64,000 bases of DNA, from positions 1-64,000 of the forward strand of contig JBHGAY010000024.1 of assembly GCA_041946735.1 (NCBI GenBank), written 5' to 3'. Position 1 is the first letter of the stretch; each line of letters starts with the position of its first letter. Both the position numbers and the translations under genes were made by a program. The stretch comes from Candidatus Eiseniibacteriota bacterium (GTDB lineage Bacteria; Eisenbacteria; RBG-16-71-46; CAIMUX01; VGJL01). Under the pieces are notes generated by a model, which ran no database searches, had not been told where the DNA came from, and saw only the letters and a program-made list of their open reading frames with translations. Below, piece by piece: positions 37,965 through 48,757 of this stretch.

Positions 37965-38318
37965 TCCTCCCGAAGGCAGGCGGAATCCGCTGCCTCTCGT
38001 GCGCGCAGGGCCGGCGGCTCACCGCCGCCTCGCTGATCCTCTGGAGAAGCGGAAGTTCTGCTACGCGCGTGCGGCCCTCCTCGGGGGACGGACGGCCGCA
38101 CGATCCTGCTTCCCCTCGCCTGCGCCAGCCCCTACTCTTCGATGCGAATCGGCAACTCCCCGAGCGCCGGTGACGAATGGGACGCCGCAGGCGGCCGACC
38201 GGCCGAATCGCCGCCCGCAGGGCCGACGGTCCATCCGAGAAGCGAAGGCGAACGGGGCAGAGAGGTGGGAACCGGCCGCGCAGACCGCGCCGCCGGTGAA
38301 GATGGGAGGACGTCAAAG

Positions 38319-38843
38319 ATGAAGATCGTGAGGTCGCTGGCCCTGATCGGCGCGCTCGCGCTCCTGGCGCTCGCCGTCGCGGTCGTGCAGAACGGGCAGG
38401 CCCAGCAGCAGGCGGACGCGCACAAGTTCATCGGCACCGAGCAGTGCAAGATGTGCCACAAGAACATCTACGACACCTGGCTCACAACGGACCACGCGAA
38501 GGCATTCGACATCCTCCCGAAGGAGTCGCAGGCGAACATGACCTGCCTCGGCTGCCACGCGACCGGCGCGGGCAAGGCGGGCGGCTACGATCCGAAGGCC
38601 GAGAAGAACCTCGGCCTGACCGGGGTGGGCTGCGAGGTCTGCCACGGCGCCGCGAGCGACTACAAGATGGTCCACATGAAGGACAAGGCGAAGGCGGCCA
38701 CGCTCGGGATGGTCGTCCAGCCGACGGCCGACAACTGCAAGCTGTGCCATGCCGGCAAGGTGCCGGAGGGACACAAGCCGCTCCCGCCGTTCGACTTCAC
38801 GAAGGCTTGGCTGAAGATCGAGCACCATCTGCCGAAGAAGTAG
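38319..38843 (+). CDS. Periplasmic tetraheme cytochrome c (c554-like)
   Basis: RBS GGGAGG; signal peptide; four CxxCH motifs: CKMCH, CLGCH, CEVCH, CKLCH. Confidence 0.92.
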   Translation: MKIVRSLALIGALALLALAVAVVQNGQAQQQADAHKFIGTEQCKMCHKNIYDTWLTTDHAKAFDILPKESQANMTCLGCHATGAGKAGGYDPKAEKNLGLTGVGCEVCHGAASDYKMVHMKDKAKAATLGMVVQPTADNCKLCHAGKVPEGHKPLPPFDFTKAWLKIEHHLPKK

Positions 38844-38916
38844 AGCCGGAGAGCGCGATCCGATTCGAGGAACGGGAGGCGAGTTCTCGCCTCCCGTTTC
38901 GCTTGCCCGCGCGTTC

Positions 38917-39038
38917 GCCCCGCGATCCGCTCGCGACGTCCGCAATCCGCTCGAGACGCCTGCGATCTGCTCCCCGGCGCCCCGCGATCCGCTCGCGGCG
39001 CCTCCCTCGCTCCGCTGAGCCCGCGATCAGCTCGCGGC
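38917..39038. repeat. Degenerate ~20-bp tandem repeats (CGCGATCCGCTCG core) between convergent genes
   Basis: ccccgcgatccgctcgcgacg / tccgcaatccgctcgagacg / cctgcgatctgctccccggcg / ccccgcgatccgctcgcggcg / cccgcgatcagctcgcgg. Confidence 0.65.
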
Positions 39039-39557
39039 CCCTCCCCCGCTCCGCGGCGCGGTGGCCCGGCGCGCCATCTTTCCGATCTCCTTGTCGACCA
39101 GGAACAGCCCGCGTCCCTCGAGCCCGGCCACGCGCATCATGTCGAGGATCGACTGGAACAGCTTCTCCTCCTCGTGCTGCTCAGCGACGTACCACTGGAG
39201 GAAATGGAAGGTCGAGTAGTCCTTCTCGCCCAAGCAGAGGTCGACGACGCGATTGATCTGCGCCGTCACCTTCCTCTCGTGCTCGAGGGTGCGCTCGAAG
39301 ACATCCTGGAGCGACTCGAACTTCGCCGGCGGCTCGGCGACAGCCGCGACCCGCCCGTGTCCGCCGGCGTCGTTCACGTAGTGGAGCAGCCGCATCATGT
39401 GCTCGCGCTCCTCCTCCGCGTGCGCGAAGAGGAAGGAGGCGGAGCCGGGAAGCCCGCCGTTCGCGCACCAGGAGGCGAGGGCGAGGTAGTAGTGAGCGGC
39501 GTAGTCCTCGTCCCGGATCTGATCGTTCAACGCCTTCTCGATCTTCGCGCTGAGCAT
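39027..39557 (-). CDS. ftnA: Non-heme ferritin
   Basis: LNDQI, HAEEEREHM, HERKVT, FLQWYVAEQHEEE; RBS AAGGAG. Confidence 0.93.
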   Translation of the reverse strand: MLSAKIEKALNDQIRDEDYAAHYYLALASWCANGGLPGSASFLFAHAEEEREHMMRLLHYVNDAGGHGRVAAVAEPPAKFESLQDVFERTLEHERKVTAQINRVVDLCLGEKDYSTFHFLQWYVAEQHEEEKLFQSILDMMRVAGLEGRGLFLVDKEIGKMARRATAPRSGGGAAS

Positions 39558-39799
39558 CGGTCTCTCCTTCTGTCGTGCGGCCGGTCCCGCCGGCGGTCGC
39601 GGCCCCGCCCCCGGGGCGCACGCTCGGCGCCGCCGAGCATAGCCGGTCGGCTCGCTTCCGGCTATGGAGCAGCCCCGGGTTCGTCGCCCGGCATCGCCCG
39701 CCGCGCGACACGGCCCGCCCGCCGCCCGACACCGCCCGCCCGCCGCGCCAGCGCCACCCGCCCCTGCCCGCGCCGCGCACGTCGCGCCGCGCCCCGCGT

Positions 39800-41002
39800 C
39801 TACTCCGCCGCCAAGGCCTCCACCGGATCGAGGGAGGCCGCCCGGCGCGCCGGCAGGATCCCGCTCGCCAGCCCGACCACGAAGCTCACGCCGAGCGCGA
39901 GGAGCACGTAGAGGAGGGGCGTCCGCACGGGAAGCGCGGGAATCGCCGCGTGGATCAGCCGCGCGAGCCCGATGCCGGCGGCGAGCCCCAGAATCCCGCC
40001 GCCCGTCGAGAGGACGAGCGCCTCGGCGAGGAAGAGCGCGAGGATCTGCCCCGGGGTGGCGCCGAGCGCCTTCTCGAGGCCGATCTCGGCGGTCCTCTCG
40101 TTGACCGAGATCCACATCATCGTGAGGATGCCGATCGCGCCGACGAGCAGCGAGATCGCGCCGATTCCGACGACGGCGAGGCTCACGATCCGCAGGATGC
40201 GGTCGAGCGTCTCCAGCATCCCGGTCTGGGTCGTGATCGAGAAGTCCTCTTCCCCGTCGTGACGCTCCGCGAGCACCGCCTCGATCCGCGCCGAGACCGA
40301 GTCGACGACGGAGAGGTTCGAGAAGACGACGTCGATCTCGGTCAGTTCGTCCTTGTTGAAGAGCGGCATCGCGAGGGTCACCGGAATGTACGCAGCGTCG
40401 TCGATGTCGAAGCCGAGGAACTGCCCCTTCGGCTCCATCACTCCGATCACGCGGAATCTCTGCCCGCCGATCCGCACGTGCTCGCCGAGCGCGTTCTTCT
40501 CGCCGAACAGCTCGCGCTTGAGGGTCGGGCCGAGCACCGCCTCGGCGGATCCGCCGTACGCGCCGGCGTTGGGCAGGAAGCGGCCGACACGCACCGACAT
40601 CCCCCATGCGGCCGCGGCGTCCCTCGTCGCGCCGTAGACGAAGACGCTGCGCGAACGCCCCGCGTACTCGACCGGCGCCGTCCCGACCGACGCCGGCACG
40701 ACCGTCTGCACTCCCCGAACGCGGGTCACGGCTTCGGCGTCGCCGATCGTCAGGGGATGGACCGTCCCGCCGATCGCGGCCGGCACCCCCGTCGTCTCCG
40801 TCCTCCCCGGGTGGATGGCGGCGAGATTCGTCCCGAACTGCGTGAACTCCGACAGGATGTAGAGGCGCGTGCCCTCCCCGATCGACGTGAGCAGGATCAC
40901 CGAGGCGATGCCGATGAGGATTCCGAGCATCGTCAGGGCGGACCGTTGGCGGTGGCCGCGCACGGCGCGCAACGCCGAGCCGACGACGTCCTCGAAGATC
41001 AT
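39800..41002 (-). CDS. MacB/FtsX-family ABC permease
   Basis: RSALTMLGILIG, SLLVGAIGI, ERTAEIGL, LDPVEAL. Confidence 0.92.
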   Translation of the reverse strand: MIFEDVVGSALRAVRGHRQRSALTMLGILIGIASVILLTSIGEGTRLYILSEFTQFGTNLAAIHPGRTETTGVPAAIGGTVHPLTIGDAEAVTRVRGVQTVVPASVGTAPVEYAGRSRSVFVYGATRDAAAAWGMSVRVGRFLPNAGAYGGSAEAVLGPTLKRELFGEKNALGEHVRIGGQRFRVIGVMEPKGQFLGFDIDDAAYIPVTLAMPLFNKDELTEIDVVFSNLSVVDSVSARIEAVLAERHDGEEDFSITTQTGMLETLDRILRIVSLAVVGIGAISLLVGAIGILTMMWISVNERTAEIGLEKALGATPGQILALFLAEALVLSTGGGILGLAAGIGLARLIHAAIPALPVRTPLLYVLLALGVSFVVGLASGILPARRAASLDPVEALAAE

Positions 41003-42204
41003 CCCCGCCTCCGCATCAGGGCCTGGATCGGATCGAGACGCGCTGCGCGCCGGGCCGGCAGGATCCCGAACGCGAGCCCGACCGAAGTCGAGACGGCGAG
41101 CGCGGCGACGACCGCCCAGACGGGGGGACGCGCCGGAAAGTCCGGGAAGAAGCCCTGGAAGATCCGGCCCCCGAGGATGCCGATCGCGAGGCCGAGGATC
41201 CCGCCCGCGGTCGAGAGGATCGACGCCTCGAGCAGGAACACGGCGACGATCTGGCGGGAGCCGACGCCGACCGCCTTCAGCAGTCCGATCTCGCGGGTGC
41301 GCTCGGAGACCGAGACGAGCATCACGTTCATGATCCCGATTCCCGCCACCGAGAGCGAGATCGCGGCGATCCCGGCGAGAGCGGCGGTGAGCATCCCGAG
41401 GATCTTCTGGAACGTCGAGAGGACCGCATCCTGCGTGAGCGTCGTGAAGTCCTCCTCGCCGTCGTGGCGCTGCTTCAGGATCTCGATCGCACGCTCCCGC
41501 GCCGGCTCGATCGCCGGCGCGCTTCGCAGCTCGATCAGCACACGGAAGAGGCTCCGGGCGTTGAGCAGACGCATGCCGGTCTCGATCGGGATGTGGACGG
41601 TCTCGTCCACGTCCATGCCGATCGAGGTGCCTCGCGGCGCGAGCACGCCGATGACGCGGAAGTTCGTGTCGCCGATCCGCACCTTCTCGCCCAGCGGATT
41701 GCGATGGCCGAACAGCTCCTGCTGCACCTTGGCTCCCAGGACGGCGAACGGCGCGTCGCGCGTGCCCGGCGGGAAGTAGCGACCGATCCGCACCGACAGC
41801 TTGCGCACCTCGCGCATGTCGTCGGTCGTCCCAAGCACCATGATGTCTCGGCTCCGGTCGCCGACGCTCGCCGCGGCGCTGCCGACGACGAGCGGAGCGG
41901 CGCGCACGATCTCCGGCATCTGGCGCTCGAGCGCGCCGACGTCCTCGAGGGTCAGGTCGTGCGGCGCGGTGTTGACGACCGGCGCTCCGCCCTGCGTCTC
42001 CGTCTTGCCGGGCAGGAGAATCAGGAGGTTCGAGCCGAGCGACGCGAACTCACCGGTCACGTAGAGCCGCGCCCCTTCTCCGAGGCTCGTCAGGAGGACC
42101 ACCGAGCCGACGCCGATCGCCACGCCGAGCAGCGAGAGGAAGCTCCGGAGGCGATGCCCGCGCAGCGCGCGCAGCGCGTAGCGCGCGAGATCGCGCGCCC
42201 TCAC
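40999..42204 (-). CDS. MacB/FtsX-family ABC permease
   Basis: [43 protein letters not shown] overlap start. Confidence 0.92.
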   Translation of the reverse strand: MRARDLARYALRALRGHRLRSFLSLLGVAIGVGSVVLLTSLGEGARLYVTGEFASLGSNLLILLPGKTETQGGAPVVNTAPHDLTLEDVGALERQMPEIVRAAPLVVGSAAASVGDRSRDIMVLGTTDDMREVRKLSVRIGRYFPPGTRDAPFAVLGAKVQQELFGHRNPLGEKVRIGDTNFRVIGVLAPRGTSIGMDVDETVHIPIETGMRLLNARSLFRVLIELRSAPAIEPARERAIEILKQRHDGEEDFTTLTQDAVLSTFQKILGMLTAALAGIAAISLSVAGIGIMNVMLVSVSERTREIGLLKAVGVGSRQIVAVFLLEASILSTAGGILGLAIGILGGRIFQGFFPDFPARPPVWAVVAALAVSTSVGLAFGILPARRAARLDPIQALMRRRG

Positions 42205-42977
42205 GGCCGCTCCGTACCGGGCGCCGGAGACGCCGGCGGCGCCGGGAATGACGCCGGCGCCTGCTCCGGCGCCGGCGCCACCGCTCCGCTCCGCTGCCGT
42301 TCGTCGGCAACGATCGCCCCGTCGCGCAGCCGGACGCCCCGAGCCGCCCGCGCTCCGATCGCCGGATCGTGCGTGACGATCACGAGCGTGAGCCCCGCCC
42401 GGTTGCGCTCCTCCAGGAGCCCGATGATCTCGCTCCCCGAGACGCTGTCGAGGTTGCCGGTCGGCTCGTCGGCCAGCAGGATCGCCGGCTCCATCACGAC
42501 GGCGCGCGCGATCGCCACGCGTTGGCGCTCCCCACCGGAAAGCTGGTCCGGCCGGTGCTCCGCTCGCGGCGCGAGACCGACCGACTCGAGCGCCCGCGCC
42601 ACGCGCCGCCGCCGATCGGCCGGCTCGACGCCGGCGAACATCATCGGCAGCTCGACGTTCTCCGCGGCCGTCAGGCGGGGCACCAGATGGAAGAACTGGA
42701 AGACGAAGCCGATCTTCTCGCGGCGCACGAGCGACAGCTCGCGATCCGAAAGCTTCGACGTCTCCTGCCCGTCGAGACGGTAGGAGCCGGACGTCGGACG
42801 ATCGAGGCATCCGATGAGGTTCAGCAGCGTGGACTTTCCCGACCCGGAAGGTCCCATGATCGAGACGTACTCGCCGGCGCCGATCGAAAGGTCGACGCCG
42901 CGCAGCGCGAGCACCGGGCGTCCGCCGACCTCGAAGGTCCGCGAGATTCCCGACAGCAGGATCATCGGCTCCGCCAT
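42201..42977 (-). CDS. ABC transporter ATP-binding protein (LolD/MacB-type)
   Basis: [33 protein letters not shown]. Confidence 0.95.
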   Translation of the reverse strand: MAEPMILLSGISRTFEVGGRPVLALRGVDLSIGAGEYVSIMGPSGSGKSTLLNLIGCLDRPTSGSYRLDGQETSKLSDRELSLVRREKIGFVFQFFHLVPRLTAAENVELPMMFAGVEPADRRRRVARALESVGLAPRAEHRPDQLSGGERQRVAIARAVVMEPAILLADEPTGNLDSVSGSEIIGLLEERNRAGLTLVIVTHDPAIGARAARGVRLRDGAIVADERQRSGAVAPAPEQAPASFPAPPASPAPGTERP

Positions 42978-43019
42978 CGCCCGCGCGCTCCGCTCGCTCA
43001 CCTGACCCGCCGCCACCGC

Positions 43020-44174
43020 CTAGCGGCGGGCCGTCCGCTCCGCCACGGTGGCCCGCACTCCTGCCTTCACCTCCGGACGGTCCAGCGAGACGACGACCTC
43101 CTCCCCCTCGCGCAGCCCTCCCGTGATCTCGGCGTACTCCCAGTTGCGCAGTCCGATCCGGACGGGACGGCTCACCAGCCTGCCCTTCTCGACCACGAGC
43201 ACGCGATCCCCCTCGAGGAGCGCGTAGGTCGGGATCCGCACGACGTCCTCCTGCGCCTCGAGAATCACTTCGACGTCGGCGGAGAGCCCCGGCACGAGAT
43301 TCCGTGGAAGATCCTGCTGCGTGAACGTCGCCTCGACGGTCAGCGTGCGGTTCTGCTCCTGGCGCGTCTCGACGAACGAGGAGATGTAGGTCAGCACACC
43401 GGGGAACTCCTGCCCGCGAAAGGCGTCCATCGTGATCCGCACCGGCAGTCCCAGATGGACCTTCGCCACATCGGCCTCATCCAGCGGCGCGCTCACGTAG
43501 AGCGAATCGGGATCAATCAGATCGACGACGGGCGGGATCATCACCCCGGGCGGCGAGGGGGTGATCCATTCGCCGACCTCGGTCGTCACGTCGAGGACGA
43601 CCCCGTCGAAGGGGGCGCGAATCACCGTCTTGTCGAGGGCCGCCTGCGCCGCTTCGACCGACGCCTGCGCCTGGCGCGTCTGCTCCCGCGCCGCCTCGCA
43701 CCCCGCCGTCGCGACTTCCGCGTTCGTCCGCGCCTCCTCGAGGCGCTGGTCCGCGATCAACCCCTGCGTCGCGAGCTGCTCGGCCCGCTCGCCGTCACGC
43801 CGCGCCTGATCCGCCGACGCGCACGCCTGTTCCGCCGCAGCGCGCGCCGCCGCGCGCGATCGGTCCGCCTGCGCGAACTGCGCGCGATACTCGGTGTCGT
43901 CGATGCGAAGCAGCACGTCCCCCGCCCGCACCCGTTGCCCTTTGCGCACCGGGATCGCGGCGACCAGCCCAGACACGCCCGGACTCATCTGCGAGCGCCG
44001 GCGGGACTCGACGGTCCCCGCTCTCGTGTTCACCACCGTCGACTCGACGCGGCCGCGCTCAACCGTCGCCACCGTGACGGGCACCGGCTCCGGACGAAAG
44101 ACCGTCCACCGGAGGATGAGGACGACGAGGACGATTCCACCGAGAATCAGAAGCCTGCGTGTCCAACGGCTCAC
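43020..44174 (-). CDS. Efflux periplasmic adaptor (MacA/HlyD family)
   Basis: N-terminal TM, lipoyl half motifs (VRKGQRVRAGD; IRAPFDGVV), coiled coil, PGLSADV. Confidence 0.92.
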   Translation of the reverse strand: MSRWTRRLLILGGIVLVVLILRWTVFRPEPVPVTVATVERGRVESTVVNTRAGTVESRRRSQMSPGVSGLVAAIPVRKGQRVRAGDVLLRIDDTEYRAQFAQADRSRAAARAAAEQACASADQARRDGERAEQLATQGLIADQRLEEARTNAEVATAGCEAAREQTRQAQASVEAAQAALDKTVIRAPFDGVVLDVTTEVGEWITPSPPGVMIPPVVDLIDPDSLYVSAPLDEADVAKVHLGLPVRITMDAFRGQEFPGVLTYISSFVETRQEQNRTLTVEATFTQQDLPRNLVPGLSADVEVILEAQEDVVRIPTYALLEGDRVLVVEKGRLVSRPVRIGLRNWEYAEITGGLREGEEVVVSLDRPEVKAGVRATVAERTARR

Positions 44175-44334
44175 GGGAACCTCGCGTTCGATTGGGTCCT
44201 TCGGGGATCCTAACAGGGGGGCGCAGGGCCGCAAGGCGTGGCGCGGTCGCATGCCGGGGCGCTCGCACCGCCGCCCGAGCTATCGCCCGAGCCGCCGCCC
44301 GAGCCGCCACCATATGCGCCGCGGCACGCGCGCT

Positions 44335-45114
44335 TCAGGGCAGAACCAGGGCCGCCGGTGGAGAGACGCGCAGGAGATCCCCGCCGGAGAGCGCCGCCAC
44401 CCGGCAGAAGACGGTGGCGCCGGAGACGCCCAGACGCGCGAGACGCGCCGGGTCGAGAACCAGGCTCGTGTCCGCCGTCGTCGCCGGCCACGCGGTCTCG
44501 GCGAGCGAGTCGCCATAGAAGAGGATCCGGTAGGAGTCCGCTCCGCGTACGCTTCGCCAGGCAACGCGCACCGATCCACCGGCAATCCGCTCGAACGAAG
44601 GGGCCGGCGTGCTCGAATCGCCCGGCTCGCCGCGCAAGGCAGGCGTCGCCGGCGGGGCCGGAGAGCGCGGCTGTAGCAGCGAGCCGCCTCCCAGTTCGAG
44701 GAAGATCCCGATCACGAGAAGCGCCGCGCCCGCGGCGAGCGCCGGCCGGAACGCGGGAACGAGAAGGCGGGCGAGCCGGCCGAGCGGCCCCGGCGGCCCC
44801 GGCGGCTCGGGCGGGCCGGACCGCCCCCGCCGGCCTGCTTCGCGCCCTTGCTCTGCGTCGCCGTCCGTCCATCCGCGCAGCGACTCCGTCACCGGCAGTC
44901 CCGCCTCCCGCCGGATCGCGCGGGACAAGCGCTCGGCCGCCTCGCGCGGCTCCGCCCCTTCCGGCACGGCCGCCGCGGGATCCAGGAAGAGCTGCAGGGA
45001 ACGCCAGCGCGCCCGGCATCGCGGGCAGCCTTCGAAGTGCGCACGCGCCGGATCGGAAGCGGGAAGCCGATCGATCCGCTCGAGCGATTCGACCGGCGGG
45101 CAGATCTCGGTCAC
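44335..45114 (-). CDS. Putative zinc-finger (ZAS) transmembrane anti-sigma factor
   Basis: HFEGCPRC (HxxxCxxC), one TM helix (LAAGAALLVIGIFL), beta-rich C-terminal domain; GTGA overlap with the sigma gene. Confidence 0.75.
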   Translation of the reverse strand: MTEICPPVESLERIDRLPASDPARAHFEGCPRCRARWRSLQLFLDPAAAVPEGAEPREAAERLSRAIRREAGLPVTESLRGWTDGDAEQGREAGRRGRSGPPEPPGPPGPLGRLARLLVPAFRPALAAGAALLVIGIFLELGGGSLLQPRSPAPPATPALRGEPGDSSTPAPSFERIAGGSVRVAWRSVRGADSYRILFYGDSLAETAWPATTADTSLVLDPARLARLGVSGATVFCRVAALSGGDLLRVSPPAALVLP

Positions 45115-45806
45115 GTTGCGCCTCCTCTTCCTTCGCCTCGCGCGCGATCGTCCGCGACACGGCGTCCGATCGGCGCCGCCGCGCCGCCGGCGTTCACGCG
45201 CCGGCCGAGCGCCGCGGCCTCGTGCTTCGCCCCGTCTTCGAGCGCCGCGCGGAGTTTCCGGCGCGCTCGCTGCAAGATCCCTCGCGCTCCCGACGCGGTG
45301 TCGATCGCGAGCAATCGGGTGATCTCCTCGACCGGCAGCCCCTCGTAGCACCGCAGCCAGATCGCCTCGCGTTCGAGCGGATCGAGGTGCCGCCGAACGA
45401 GCGCCAGCACCGACTCCTCGTCGAGCCTCTTCTCGAGCGTTTCGCTCGGATCGGGCGCCGGATCGGCCACGCGCTCGATCCCTTCTTCGTCCTCGTCGAA
45501 CAGCGGCGAGGGCCGCCGCACGACGCTCAGGCAATGGTTGCGCGCGATCACGAAGAGCCAGGTCGCGAAGCAGCTGCGCCCTTCGTAGCCGGCGATCCCG
45601 CGGTACGCCTTCAACAGCGAGTCCTGAGCCAGGTCGAGCGCCTGCTCGTGGTCCCGCACGATCCGGTAGCACCAGAGGTAGACACGCTCCCGGTAGCGCT
45701 CGAGGAGGACCGAGGCGGCCCGCCTCGCCTCCTCGCCCGCACGATCCTCGCGAGCGATGCAGACCAGCTCGGAGTCGTCGAGCAGCGCCAGATCTCGTTC
45801 GGTCAC
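45111..45806 (-). CDS. ECF RNA polymerase sigma factor
   Basis: Region 2 ALDLAQDSLLKAY...FATWLFVIARNHCLS; region 4 YEGLPVEEITRLL...RARRKLR; C-terminal part of ORF 45111..48932. Confidence 0.9.
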   Translation of the reverse strand: MTERDLALLDDSELVCIAREDRAGEEARRAASVLLERYRERVYLWCYRIVRDHEQALDLAQDSLLKAYRGIAGYEGRSCFATWLFVIARNHCLSVVRRPSPLFDEDEEGIERVADPAPDPSETLEKRLDEESVLALVRRHLDPLEREAIWLRCYEGLPVEEITRLLAIDTASGARGILQRARRKLRAALEDGAKHEAAALGRRVNAGGAAAPIGRRVADDRARGEGRGGAT

Positions 45807-48757
45807 CCCATGGGACGCTCGCTTTCTGAATCCGTCACGCGAACCGTTGCCTCCGGTCCAGGCGGCAGCGTCCGGCCCGCCGCCTCCGGCCGCTCCCCCG
45901 CCGCCGAGAATGAGCGCAACACGATGCCCAGCAGCACGAAGGCGGCGCCGCCGGCGAGGGCGAGCCGGCCCCAGGGCACAGGCCGGGCCGGTTGGATCGG
46001 GATCCGAAGGGAGCCGTCCCCCAGCACGACGAAGCCCGCCCAGAAGAACGGGTGGCGGGTGCGCGGGTCCTCGCGGATCGCCTCGCGCGCGCGCATCAGC
46101 GCGCCCGAAACCGTCGCCCCGCCGGCGAGCTCGTCGTAGAAGCATGCGGCGAAGCGTTGCGCCGCTTCGTCCTCGACCGGCCACAGGGTGGCGGCGACCG
46201 AGGAGGCGCCCGAGCAGAGGAGCGCAGTCGACAACCCCTGCATCCCCTCGCCCGAGACGATCGCCCCTCGCGCCGTGCGGCAGCACGACAGGACGGCCAG
46301 GCGTGCCGGAATGCGGGACGCGGCGATCGCCTTCGCGTGCAGCGGCCGCGCGCCGAGCGCGATCTCCGAGAGCCACGGGCGCCCGTCCTGTCCAAGCGCG
46401 TGCGCGGCGAAGTGGACGACGAGGCGCGGGGCGGCGAGATCGGCGAGGCCGAGCGTGTCGCGCGGCCCGAGGACTCGCAGATCGACCCCGCGATAGGCGC
46501 GCGCGATCCGCTTCGCCTCGCGCGCTGCGCCGGGCAGGCCGATCGTCCCTGCTTGGGGCGCGGCGACCGCCAGGATCGGTCTCGCGAGGAGCGCTTCCGC
46601 GCTGGCCGCGCTCGCGTCCGCGCCGGCCGCGCCCGCTTCCGCCGCCCGGGCTCCGGCCAGGATCGCGGGCGAGGCGATCCTCGTCCACTCGCGGTCCCGG
46701 CCGTCCCCTGCGGCATCGAACGACTCGAACGGGGCGAGGTGGGCGACGCCGTCTGCGGCGACGAGGATCCGATCGCTCTTCGCCACCCAGTCCCCCAGAT
46801 CGGGGAGGAGCGCGCGGCAGAGCGCGGCGGCCGCCATCCGGCATTCGCGCACCCCGGCGCCTCGCGCGGAGTCCGGGCTCGCGAAGAGGTCGAGGACGAG
46901 CCGCACGCCCGGCTCGATCTCCCCTTCGGGAGGAAGCGAGCGGACGCAGCAGGAATCGCGCGTGAACGCGAAGAGCCAGCTCGCCCGGCCGCCGAGATGG
47001 TAGTCGAGGAGCAGCTCGCCGGGCTCGAGCGGCGGCAGGAGCGCCGACGCGGCCGCGCTGCGCGGCAACGCCGTCGCCGGCCCCGCGATCCGCTCGAGGA
47101 GCGTTCGCGCCTTGAAGACGGCGACCCGCTCGTACGCGGCGCGCACCGCGCTCGGTCCCGCCGCCTTCTCCGGATCGGCGCCGAGGAGAAGACCGGCCAG
47201 GCTCGTCGCGATGCTCCGTCCCGCGGCGCTGCGCTGTTCGCGCCACTCGGGATCGAGCGGCAGCCCGCGCTGCGCCTCCCAGACGCGAGCCGCGGCTTCG
47301 AGCGACGCGCGCGCGCTGTCCGGCCGCCCGAGATCGACGAACGCGCGCGCCAGCGCGAGGAGCGTCTCGAGCCGGACCGCATCGAGGCCCGGTCTGGCCG
47401 AGAGCCCAGCAGCGAGGCGCAGGGGCGCCAGCGCCTCCGCGGGCCGTCCCTCCTCGACACGCAGCTCGCCGAGCCGCGCTGCGAGCCTTCCTCTCTCCTC
47501 GGGACCGTCGATCTCCGCGCGCGCGAGCGCCCCTTCGAGGATTGCGATCGCCTCGGCCCTCTCCTGCGCGCTCTCGCACGTGCGGGCGAAGGCGGCGAGC
47601 GCCGCCGCCCGCGTCGCCGCCGGGGCCGGCGGATCCGCCGCGAGAATCTGACGGAAGATGCGGCGCGCCTCGCGCGTCCGGCCCTGCGACGCCCGTGTCT
47701 GCCCGAGCTGCCGTAACAGCTTCGCCCGCAGATCGCCGTATCCCTCCCGCTCGCAGATCGCGAGCATCGCCTCGAGCGAATCGCATGCCTGCTCCGGATC
47801 CCCGAGCTCCGCGGCGCAGAGGGCGAGATTCATCCCTGGGACGATCGACTCCCGCATCTCTCCGTAATCCCGATAGCTCGCCAGAGCCTCGTCGAACGCG
47901 GTCGCCGCTTTCGCCGGATCTCCGAGCCGGTACTCGAGAGTGCCGAGATTGTTGCGGGCGAGGCACGTCACCATCGGATACCGGCAGGAATCGGCGAGGA
48001 CCGCCGCTCGCGCGAACTCCTCGCGCGACCGCTCGTAGGCGCCCGTTCTCCCGAGAGCCACGCCGCGCGAGTTCCGAGCCCACGCCTCGCCGCGCCGCTC
48101 CCCTCCTGCCCGGAAGAGCGCGATCGCGCGATCGAGCGTCGACGCCGCCTCCACCGCGCTGCCTCGCACGACCTGGTCCCACCCGATGCCGACGAGCGCC
48201 CAACCTTCCTGGACGCGATCCCCGCGAAGGCGCGCGAGGACAGCAAGCGAGTCGTAGAGCGCGCGCGCCTCCTCGGTCCGTCCCTGATTGGCGACGGCGA
48301 CCGAGAGCCAGCGGATCGCGACGCAGGCGGAGGCGGAATCGCCGCGTGCGCGCGCGATCGCGAGGCAACGACGGAGGATCGTCTCGCCTTCGCGCGCCGC
48401 GCCGATCGATGCGCGCAGCTCCCCCTCGCGGAGCCCGAGCCACAGCATCCGTCCCGAGTCGCCCTGCGCTTCGGCCTGCTCGCGCAGGCGCTCGATCGCG
48501 GGGAGCGCGGAGTCGGGCCGTCCGGCGAGACGGAGGCGCTCGACCCTCGCGAGATCCGGCGCGAGAGGGGTCGCAGGAGGGAGGAGCGGGCGCGGGCGCG
48601 ACAACGCGCGCGAAGCCAGCGACGGCGCAGGCACCGCGGCGCAGGCGGCCCCGAAGGCGCCCGCGCAGGCGGCGGCGAACACGAGCGCGAGCGCGCAGGC
48701 GCCGCGGCGCAGCCGCAACGCTCGCTCGCCCTTCGCGATCGACCGCAGGGATCGCAT
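45803..48757 (-). CDS. TPR-CHAT (caspase HetF-associated) protease with signal peptide and C-terminal TM anchor
   Basis: Hydrophobic N-terminus; TPRs (ARNNLG, MNLALC); VVHFAAH and LAVLSCCRT (His/Cys dyad), VAATLWPVED, HPFFWAGFVVLG; C-terminal LALAGGAAFVLLGIVL. Confidence 0.88.
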   Translation of the reverse strand: MRSLRSIAKGERALRLRRGACALALVFAAACAGAFGAACAAVPAPSLASRALSRPRPLLPPATPLAPDLARVERLRLAGRPDSALPAIERLREQAEAQGDSGRMLWLGLREGELRASIGAAREGETILRRCLAIARARGDSASACVAIRWLSVAVANQGRTEEARALYDSLAVLARLRGDRVQEGWALVGIGWDQVVRGSAVEAASTLDRAIALFRAGGERRGEAWARNSRGVALGRTGAYERSREEFARAAVLADSCRYPMVTCLARNNLGTLEYRLGDPAKAATAFDEALASYRDYGEMRESIVPGMNLALCAAELGDPEQACDSLEAMLAICEREGYGDLRAKLLRQLGQTRASQGRTREARRIFRQILAADPPAPAATRAAALAAFARTCESAQERAEAIAILEGALARAEIDGPEERGRLAARLGELRVEEGRPAEALAPLRLAAGLSARPGLDAVRLETLLALARAFVDLGRPDSARASLEAAARVWEAQRGLPLDPEWREQRSAAGRSIATSLAGLLLGADPEKAAGPSAVRAAYERVAVFKARTLLERIAGPATALPRSAAASALLPPLEPGELLLDYHLGGRASWLFAFTRDSCCVRSLPPEGEIEPGVRLVLDLFASPDSARGAGVRECRMAAAALCRALLPDLGDWVAKSDRILVAADGVAHLAPFESFDAAGDGRDREWTRIASPAILAGARAAEAGAAGADASAASAEALLARPILAVAAPQAGTIGLPGAAREAKRIARAYRGVDLRVLGPRDTLGLADLAAPRLVVHFAAHALGQDGRPWLSEIALGARPLHAKAIAASRIPARLAVLSCCRTARGAIVSGEGMQGLSTALLCSGASSVAATLWPVEDEAAQRFAACFYDELAGGATVSGALMRAREAIREDPRTRHPFFWAGFVVLGDGSLRIPIQPARPVPWGRLALAGGAAFVLLGIVLRSFSAAGERPEAAGRTLPPGPEATVRVTDSESERPMG

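Noticed and set aside
37965..38318. Possible riboswitch or ncRNA upstream of the cytochrome c gene
   Set aside because: No recognisable conserved motif; GC-rich pairing is uninformative without a covariance search.
44335..48757. Type III-E CRISPR (Craspase) locus
   Set aside because: No Cas7-11, Csx30/31 or array; the resemblance is limited to the TPR-CHAT plus sigma logic.
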